A DNA stretch of 64,000 nucleotides from Octopus sinensis (taxonomy: Eukaryota). Positions within the stretch are counted from its first letter, which is position 1. The number at the start of each line of letters is the position of its first letter. The position numbers and the translations under genes are program-made. Below the pieces are notes generated by a model. The model was not told where the DNA came from, did not search any database, and saw only the letters and a program-made list of their open reading frames with translations. Positions 54,223-64,000 of the stretch are shown here, piece by piece. The stretch is taken from contig NC_042998.1 of assembly GCF_006345805.1 (NCBI RefSeq), forward strand, positions 190,092,001-190,156,000, read 5' to 3'.

Positions 54223-55177
54223 CTTATGTATACACACTATAATATAATACGCACACACGCATCCGCACACACACGCAAACATATACGCACATCCACATAA
54301 TCCAGCATAATATCATCGTGAGGTCTTTGTATACCAAAAGGTTCGTTCTGTTGCAAACATTCCAGCCAGATCTGATCAGCAGATGACACCCTCTCTTCCT
54401 TTGCTCTGATCAGTTTCGAAGGACCTGACAAAAGTCATGGGCACTATCCTCAGCCATCTAAGTTTTTCACAAATAAGGATAGGAAACAAAATACAGAAAC
54501 AAGGCAATAAAGTTGATCTCACCTTAATTCGAACGCGGAACTTACGGAACCGTGACTAGTTATCGTCGTAATTTTGGTCATACACTCCATTATTCTGACA
54601 TCACCTAAAACTACCAAAACCCATCGAGTAATCAAATTCAAAACTAATAGTGAGAAAGAAATTAATGTTTTTCCAATATAATGAATATTTCATTGTTGAA
54701 TTGAAAGTTAATTAATTCCGCAAACAGTGTATTAAATAACAATTAAAATACCACGTAACAAGGAATTGGAACTAAATTAGTTCTGCGAGAAACATTCATG
54801 AAAGATTATTATTGAAATATATGTGGATGTGAGTACGTGTCTGTATGCGTGCGCCGTATATGTGTGTGCGTATTATATTATATTATAGTGTAAATATGTA
54901 TGTGGTATGTATATGTGTGTGTTTATCCCAACCAGTGTATATACATGGGTATCGAGTTACCTTTCTCTATATCAAAAATAGTAACTAAGCTTTTCAGTAA
55001 ACAGGTATGGTTAACATAAATACTAGACTGAAATAAGTCATAAATCATTAATTCGTTGGATTAATATGATTGACAGAAAACAGTTGATGACAGTACCCCA
55101 GTATATCTATCTATTTATCTGTCTGTCTGTCTATCTATCTGCCTTTCTCTCACTCTCTCTCTCTTGTACTATATATG

Positions 55178-55214
<37 letters not shown>

Positions 55215-55323
55215 TACATATATACATAGAGAGAGAGAGAGAGAGAGAGAACGAGAGAAAGGCAGATAGATAGACAGAGAAATAGATAGATATGTCTGTC
55301 TATCTATCTGCCTTTCTCTCTCG

Positions 55324-55428
<105 letters not shown>

Positions 55429-55538
55429 TCATTCATTTATATGTTTTATAAAATTATATTTTTATTTGTTATTTATGTTTTGGTTTATGTATATCACTGT
55501 TTGAGTTGCATAATAGTGATTTTATCTCTAATTTATAT

Positions 55539-55581
<43 letters not shown>

Positions 55582-55814
55582 GAGAGAGAAAGTGTGTGTG
55601 TGTGTATGTGTGCGCGTGTGTAGTGTAAGAAAAATGTCATATTTTATTTAGTTTATTTAAATAACAATTATAACAATAAGTACCTCTAAGTTAAGTTACT
55701 CTATATGGTCGTTCAATTTGTTAGAAATAGAGCTAAGTATCCCTGGCTACTAAAAGATTTTTTAAAATGGCACAGTAAATATCATAACCCTACATACCCT
55801 TAAAATTATGGGGT

Positions 55815-56240
55815 AGTCACGCCTGGAATACTTGTGAACATAATTCCAATGACTTTTAAATCTCTACATATTTTCCATGAGTATCTTTCATAGGCAATGG
55901 CATAAAGTAAAAGTTCCATGTTCTCATGTGATTCATGAAGATGAACGGAGTGTGCAATAGGAATTCAAATTACTATTATGGAGAAGTACCGCTTTTAAAC
56001 TTCGTTTTGAAGAGTTAGTAAACAAACGCCACTCTGCAGGATTTTGTGATAAACATTCGAATGTTACTGCAAAAGCAAAGCGGGCCTTCAACAGAAAAAT
56101 ACGTTTGTAGAACCCCATTTCTCTGCCAAAAATAAGTTATACGAACACCGTGCTCTAGCAAGATTTGTTTTGTAGAAGACAAGCATCTCCTGTCAGTGCC
56201 ACCGATGTTGTGCAAGAGAAGGCTCGCCATCTTAGGGCCG
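55815..56240 (-). pseudogene. Internal transposase fragment of the same type as 36249-36740 (Chapaev-like)
   Basis: EWRLFTNSSKRSLKAVLLHN and AHSVHLHESHENMELLLYAIAYERYSWKICRDLKVIG, with frameshifts. Confidence 0.6.
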
Positions 56241-58154
56241 ATACAGCTTGCCACCAGTGTCCTCGTAGACGTTGCTATCAGAACACAAAGGGCCGGAATT
56301 GGTTGCACGTGTAATTTCTGACAGTTCTGCATGTACATCGCTCTGAATTAGTACGTCTTTTCGTGTACCTTGCAAGGATGAAAGACAGTTGATCTCCGCG
56401 GGTTTTGAACCCAAAATGCAGAGTGTTGGCGTCAGTAGCGCGCGACATTCTATGAAATGATCCGACGATTCTGCCAATTCGTCACCTTGGCCACACTCAA
56501 TCATCTTTTAAAAAAAAACCGCTTTATAACGAACAACAGCAAAAGCAACACCAACTACATCGATTCTGGTATGGATTTTAAATTAATTAGGTATTATAGA
56601 ATTTTGCATAATTATAAAATGTAAAATATAATTGTTACAAAATACTGTATTTGTATAATTTTGAGCACAACAGTGAATCGCATTGCTTGATATTCTACGG
56701 CAACTATATTATTAGTGGCACGATACGTTTCTAAGAACGTGGTGGACTTAAACCGGTCGACTGAATATGTCTAATACAAAATAGCAGGAGCAGTTCTTTC
56801 GAGGGCTTCCAAGCAGTTTCCGTTTTATCAAATTTAACTTGCAAGGCTTTGGTCGACTCGAGGCCAAGGTAGAAGGCTTTTATCTGAGCTTTTACAAAAT
56901 GTGATCGAAACCGAAAGGATGTGACTGCAAAGCGAACTCCTTAATCACACGGCCATACCTGCACTCATAAACATTCAAACCAATAATATTGTTTGGAATA
57001 AAGTATAATACAGTCCTTCCCTCATAACATGCCCTTTGCTTTTCAACTGTATTTTGACAAGTTAGTGAGAGGAGGTGGGACAATACCTAAGATCTTTGCA
57101 CCCTCACACAACTCCACTTCAGACTGGTAGACTGTTTTACAATCTTGCAGGCTGATGGCCAGCCTGAACATGTGATGATAAATATCAGCAGAAAAAAATT
57201 GGACAGGAAGGTGGGGGTCGAAAATCTGGTCAGAATACTTGCAGCAATTTGGACTTCTCTCAGCTAATGAATGTATCAGGAAATTGTGTTAAGCTGGGCG
57301 CCATGATAGAACTAGGGTCATGGCAAAGTTCTGGAGTGAAGACTGGGTCTCAGTCAGTCAATATCTACCATGAAGTTTATTTATCAAAGAAAAGTTAAAC
57401 AAAAGTTGATTACAGCCACCACAAAAACTACACTAACATAACAAAGATAAAGAATTTAGAAGAAAAAACTTGGAAATAAGATGCAGACATTTTTTCTCGT
57501 TTTGCTTTTTTTCCTTTTTTAATGATTTGCAACTTCTATGCAAGCACACATACACATTCCTAGACATATGTGTATCTGTATGTAACTGTGCGGTGTGTAT
57601 GTCGCATATGCGTGCGTATAAATAGGTGACTAGGATGGTAGGTTTTATGAATGATTGATTGGTAGATAGGTAATGTTTCTCTGAATTGATAATGGATGAT
57701 TTATTACCGTAAGATTTGTCGAATTAATCAAATGCTTACATCTAAAACAGAATTGTTTCTATAAACAATATTATTCTCAGAGAAGAAAAAAGATTTAGCA
57801 ATTGTTAATCTATAAAAACTGAAAAGATGTCACGGGTGTTAAATTAGTCGAAAAATCCTATGATCGATCTTACAGTAACCTCGTGACACACTGAGACCTT
57901 CGCCTCTTCTCAAATATATTTTTCGTTTATTTTTTTATATTTATATATACATATATTTTTTTACCTTTTTTATATATCTCTAACTGTAACGCAGTGACGA
58001 AATTACTTTGGACAATGTTTCAAGCTATAAGACAGAGTATGGTACAGGTCAACAGATCGGTGCCAATACTTGAGAAAACATAAACAAATAATGAGTAGCG
58101 CTGACAGGTTTGCCTTTACGCATGCTAATAACCACCAAAATAATTTATTCATGA

Positions 58155-58232
<78 letters not shown>

Positions 58233-58516
58233 TACATATATATATACATATATATACATATATACATATATATACATATATACATACATATATATATACA
58301 TATATATATATGTATGTATATATATATATATACATATATATATTTGTGTGTGTGTATGTGTGTATGTATACATACACACATGCATGCATACATATATATA
58401 TATACATATATATATAGATAGATATACACATATATACATACATATACATACATGCATGTATGTACGTACGCATGTACGTACGTCTGTATGTATGTATGTA
58501 TGTATGTATGTATGTG

Positions 58517-58547
<31 letters not shown>

Positions 58548-58572
58548 GTATATGTATGTATGTATGTATGAG

Positions 58573-58604
<32 letters not shown>

Positions 58605-60159
58605 TGTATGTATGTATGTATGTATGTGTATATGTATGCATGTAACTTAAGGCTTCAGATGAAGTAAAAATAAAGCTGTTCTCTTCTAGAACATTGTCTT
58701 CTATCTGTTTCAATTACATTTGGTGATTTAAATATTACGGACTGACAAATCTTGGTTTTAACCACGGTAACACCAAATACCATATCAAACGTCCAAACGT
58801 TCTTAACTTTTAAACCCTCAGACTTGTGTTTTAATAACATCTTCCCTTTATTCACTGTTTTTTTTATTTTTAATCATGGTTAAAGAGGAAGAGAAGCGTT
58901 AATATTCTCTTCAGAGACAATGACACGGTTAGGTGAAAGGGAGAAAGTTATACTCAGATCAAAATTTTTGGTTTGCAACATGGTTGAAAGTTGATAGTAA
59001 AAGCTGGAGGAAGAATAATGGTCAACGACACAAGAATAACTAATTCGTATTTTAACATTTGTAAATATTCAATATTCCATTCGTAGACAAACACAATGAT
59101 CTCAACTATGTTGTCACGTTCCCATAGTTACTGAATATGTACCATTTTACAGTACATTTCTAACTAAAAAACGACATCGCTTACACCAATACAAAATATG
59201 TTTTCATACACACATTCCATTGTCTCCCTCCATAAGAACTATTTACACATCCGTTATTTGCCTTTTTAAAGAACAGAAAATTCGCTTATTAAATTCCAAA
59301 TTTTCTCATCATTTCTTTCTTCCTTCTTCTATTCTTTTTCTCGATATTTTTCCTCGCATTCTTCAACTGATTGTCTTCTTTAGTGTATTTCTACATTTTT
59401 ACAGATCCCTTGTAGCAATGCACAAGGTCAAAAGAGCAGAATTACTTCAGAACATACTCTCAACTCATCATTACTCCGTTCTTAAATTTTTGAAACTTAT
59501 TTGAAGAGGTCTGCTGAAGGCTTGTGGTGAAGATTGCATTAACTATACACACATATGTGAGTATACATATATACATATATACATATATACATATATATCT
59601 ATACGCGCACACACACAGATCTTTTAACTTAATTATATTTTCTCTCTCACTCTCCTTCTCTCTTTCCTCTCTTCCTCTATGGTTACGTTTTTTTCATTTT
59701 AAACGGAAAACCTGAGGTGAAGACGTCCTAAGATAAGTGATGGTATTCAATGTGCAACTTCATTATTGAATTGTTCAATGTGAAGTGGTTGACGAGTGCA
59801 CAGCTATTGTTCACTGCTCTTTACCTTGTTTAATCTATTCACTTATAAATTTAGTTAGTAAAGCTATTTTTAATACGAATAAAGTTGCCAAATTATATTA
59901 TCCTCTTTATTTAAGACTAAATTTTGCCTCAGCATTGCAAATACATTTTTCTAAATGCATTTCTTATAAATATACTTTTGTTAAATGCAGATTTTATACT
60001 CGTACTGTTAATATTTTATATCGCCTGTAAATAATTTTCGAATATAGGATAATGAGGTGGAAGAAAAAATGTGTTGAAGGTTTAGAGTTTTTTTTTTCTT
60101 TTTTCTTATTGTTCCAGAGACGACCGACCTTACTTTACAGCTGTCTAAGAATCATCACC

Positions 60160-60545
60160 AGCAGTGGCCCAATGGTTAGGGCAGCGGACTCGCGGTCGGA
60201 GGATCGCAGTTTCGATTCCCAGACCGGGCGTTGTGTGTGTTTATTGAGCGAAAACTCCTAAAGCTCTACGAGGCTCCGGCAGGGGGTGGTGGCGACCCCT
60301 GTTGTACTCTTTCGCTCCAACTTTCTCTCACTCTTTCTTCCTGTTTCTTGTCCACGACTTCCTTACGCAACCGCTGAGCCTGGATGCGCATTCATCCATC
60401 CGTCGATGCTCTCGGTGTCGGGGGTTGACCTGCTTTCTCTTCTGCGGGTCTTACGAATAGCAAAGGACCACGTTTCGGACTTCTCCCATCTTACGAGCTC
60501 TGGGACGACGACCGTTCGCTCAACAGCAACGGCAGCAGCAGCAAT
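60160..60545 (+). mobile_element. SINE family C with tail C
   Basis: Same head and body as 53424-53600, then an unrelated tail ending in cagcag/caa repeats. Confidence 0.8.
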
Positions 60546-61334
60546 GTTATAACGTTCCAACGAAGGATTCTCTAAGTGGTTGCTTGACTTTCTAGAAATA
60601 GCAGCCAAATCTCTCTCAACTCATGTCATATCGTCTTGAGAAAGGACATATTGGTTGATGTGATCCTGGATCCATTGTCTAAAAATAAGATAAGATCGTC
60701 ATAGTTGGAGTATCATATGATCATAGGTCTGCTTGGTCAAAATAACAAAAGAAAAATTGTTTCGATTTTGTAGCGTTCGTGTTCAACTCATCACTTTTAA
60801 ATATATAGTACCTTTTCCTACGTAGCCGAAGGTTTGGATCTATCTACTGTTAAAACATTTCGAATTAAATTCAATATATTCATGATGTGGTGTGATTATA
60901 TAGCATTCAGAGATCCTTAAATCCGATAATGTCCCCTGAAGGTGGTGCCCCAATATGACTACATTGCAATAACTGAAACGAGTAAAAGACTAAAAGAATA
61001 TTCAATACAAACAGGAAAAGAAGCTGAATATATTAAAATATATGTATTGCAATATCAATGTAAACATATAAATTTTGGTGTAAGCATTTGCTTGCGAAAT
61101 TACTTTTGGTGAACTCAGTTTCTGTTAATAAAAAGTAACAACAAATAAAGTCTTGAAACATGTACATATATAAACAGAAGATACAAATATTACAGGCATC
61201 CCCCCACATACACACACTAAATAAAAATAAACGCACATAGAAATATAAGCATGCGCAAATGATGACATACAATAGAAGTACAAAATGGCTGACGGTTAGT
61301 AAGGAGAGACACAAATAAGAAAGAAGAAAACAAA

Positions 61335-61379
61335 GGACCACTGATGCGGTCACAGGAGTGTGACGAAAGAACTCTGGCC
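61335..61379 (+). ncRNA. Minimal type I hammerhead-ribozyme-like motif
   Basis: ggacca-CTGATGCG-GTCACA-ggag-TGTGAC-GAAA-gaactc-tggcc: perfect 6-bp helix II and GAAA, but C at core position 9. Confidence 0.5.
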
Positions 61380-61914
61380 GAAATAAGATTAAGATTAATG
61401 TAAAAAATAAATAACACTGAAGCAAAATAGCACCAAATATATAGTGCGTGTGTTTTTATTGGCTAAACTGGCAATATGACCATTCCGAAATATAACAATA
61501 TATTAATATAGAATACACAGTAAGATTTAAAAGAACGCAACTGATATAAACATATATAAAGTTGCAATGGCAATGGGGAGGACATATTCATTAAAACTGG
61601 ATTTTAAATATATATCGTAGAATTGGTCAATTTTTAAATATATTCAATATATTTTTCCATATTAGTTTTCACGAATTTGCTGCTTTGTTGTAAAATATTC
61701 GATATCAATTACAGTCTTTTAGCTTTTGCAATAATACAGGACTAACACAGCTGTCTTACGAGGCATTCATTCAGCTTTAAAATCACTACGAAAGTAATGC
61801 TTTTTTTTAAAGATAACTATCTGTTTGGCGTTGCTGAAGGCGCAGGCGTAGCTGATGGCGCAAGCGCGGCTGAAGTCGCGGGCGTGGGTGAAGGAGCAGG
61901 AGTGGTGGTTTGGT

Positions 61915-62220
61915 TGATTTTCAACCACATGGTCGACCAAAACCTTGTGAGTGAAATTGATAGACGGAAACTGAAAGAAGCCAGTCGTGTGTGTGTGTGT
62001 GTGTGTGTACTGTGTGTGTCTTTGTATTTGTCCCCACCACCGTTTGACAACCGGTGTTGGTGTGTTTACGTCCTTGTAATATTAGTGATTCGGCAAAAGA
62101 GAGCGATAGAATAAGTACCAGGCTTCAAAACTGAGTACTGAGGTCGATTAGTTCGACTAAAGTTGTTCATAGCGATACCCCAGCACGGCCGCGGGTTAAT
62201 GACAGAAACAAGTAAAAGAT
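61915..62220 (+). mobile_element. SINE family A, head truncated and diverged
   Basis: caaccacatggt...gacggaaactgaaagaag-(TG)n-tttgtccccaccaccg...gacagaaacaagtaaaaga. Confidence 0.8.
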
Positions 62221-62240
62221 GTGTATTGTGTGTGTGTGTG

Positions 62241-62303
<63 letters not shown>

Positions 62304-62665
62304 GTATATATATTATCAGAAGCTTAAAATATAAACATTAATGAGAAAAGCAAATTATAATACCTTACACTTCTATCTGCAATTATATTTGTCAGTCACG
62401 AAATATGACTCTAAGATGTCTACAGTTTGCTTTTAAAAAAAGATAGAGCTGATTATTTAAGATGTAACAACATATAATACGAGTAATGCTTTTGAAACAG
62501 AAACCAGCAAGCATCTATGAACAGTTTTATTGAACAGAACGACACGTGGATAATAGGAAAACTTTCTACAGGAAAATACCTTCTGTATTTGACGGATTAT
62601 AAGGCTCGCAAGCTAATAAAACGCACCTCCGTTTTAGTCGGTCCTTTCTTGAACCATTACTTACC

Positions 62666-62896
62666 TATTTCTTTACTACCCACAAGGGCCTAAACACAGA
62701 GAGGACAAACAAGGACAGACAAACGGATTAAGTCGATTACATCGAGTCCAGTTGGAAACTGGTACTTATTTAATCGACCCCGAAAGGATGAAAGGCAAAG
62801 TCGACCTCGGTGGAATTTGAACTCAGAACGTAACGGCACACGAAATACCGCTAAGCATTTCGCCCGGCGTGCTAACGATTCTGCCAGCTCGCCGCC
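62666..62896 (-). mobile_element. SINE family B, monomer
   Basis: 9-bp target duplication ttacttacc at 62657-62665 and 62897-62905. Confidence 0.9.
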
Positions 62897-63839
62897 TTAC
62901 TTACCAGTAGCTTAAAGCCTGTCGTTGTGATTATTTTTTTTTAGGGATGTGCCTAATTGTCTCTTGTTATATTATCTGGTTATCCAAGCCGTGGAGTGGC
63001 AGAAAGGATACCGTACAGTACTTAGTTTCGATTTCCTCCATTTTGTGTGTAATTCACACCAATGTCAGATTAACTCTTTATGTCTCCGCAATCGAAAATG
63101 AAAAATGAACGTCAAGCATCAAATGGGGTTGATTCAATCTTGTCTAGCCATTCACTGCAAATTTTGTTTTTGTGTCGATGTTAAAAATTTTTATATCTTG
63201 TAATTTTCCTCGACTAAAATGACTGAAAATTTCAATCACTTGGATGGGTACGCCGACTCTGTTTCAAGAACATTGAGGTTTATTATCCTGATTCAAGAGA
63301 CTGCATGTATTAAATTGTGAACTACTTAACAAGACATGCAACTTCTTAATGATATTAACTTTGATTATAATTCTTGAATTCCATCTTCACTAATTCTTTA
63401 ACGTTCGTTCGACTAGTGACAGCAGAAAATGAAGAAGAGATTAAGACTAATAATTTGTAATCAAAAAAGCATTTTTTTTTTCGACCATGACAAATCTCAT
63501 TAGCACACTTTAAAGAACTAATATATGAACGCCAGTCTTATATGATTTATCTTAATCTCAGGCTCCTAAAATGCTGAGTGAATCACTAAAAATTATTTTG
63601 TCCTCTCGAAAGGGTATTATCGAAATAATCTAAATAAAAATAAAGTGGTTTGAATCACAATAATTTTAGCATAATTAGAATTTATTTATTTTTTAATCAC
63701 TGTCTGTCAGTAGATTGCAAGCCAGTGGTTTGAAACGAAAGCCTCAATAAATATGAACAATACAGTTAAATGTATTGATTGGATAAAGAATGATTTAGAA
63801 GCAGGTGATCAAAGGAATACACACTATGTATGTATATAT

Positions 63840-63920
<81 letters not shown>

Positions 63921-63967
63921 CATATACATATACATAAACGTACATTTATTATTATTATTATCATCAC

Positions 63968-64000
<33 letters not shown>

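Larger units (their letters stand above)
52660..55107. repeat. Large interrupted palindrome centred on an 8-nt loop at 53915-53922
   Basis: Inverted pairs: 53807-53914/53923-54029, 53324-53423/54020-54116, 52660-52880/54885-55107. Confidence 0.92.

Noticed and set aside
59220-59504. 94-aa ORF and a ttttacag acceptor near 59403
   Set aside because: No recognisable motif; similar short frames and acceptors are expected by chance in AT-rich DNA.
61797-62114. GC-rich Ala/Gly/Val (or Pro/Ala/Thr) repeat ORFs
   Set aside because: A short degenerate 18-bp repeat running into a SINE; no evidence of coding function.

Overview
AT-rich, microsatellite-dense animal non-coding DNA. The tRNA-derived SINE families and simple-repeat load point to an octopus (coleoid cephalopod) genome, which is inference from recognition. 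No complete host gene was found; the best candidate is one possible terminal exon encoding a 4-Cys zinc motif at 29910-30000. Nearly all short ORFs in the track are microsatellite read-through. Mobile DNA found: two 5'-truncated copies of one Tx1/L1-type non-LTR retrotransposon, decayed mariner, Chapaev-like, Penelope-like and CR1-like fragments, MITEs with TA, TTAA and 8-bp target duplications, and many SINEs. The strongest signal is that both Tx1 copies (5897-8516, with a 740-aa open RT frame, and 51595-52581) sit inside (GATA)n tracts in the same orientation with the same 3' junction and no poly(A) tail, suggesting a GATA-microsatellite-targeting retrotransposon. Also notable: four fold-back palindromes (one about 2.5 kb, which supplies an empty-site control for the second Tx1 insertion), four hammerhead-ribozyme-like cores, and a SINE that multimerises at a recurrent junction. 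All alignments and identity values were made by eye.
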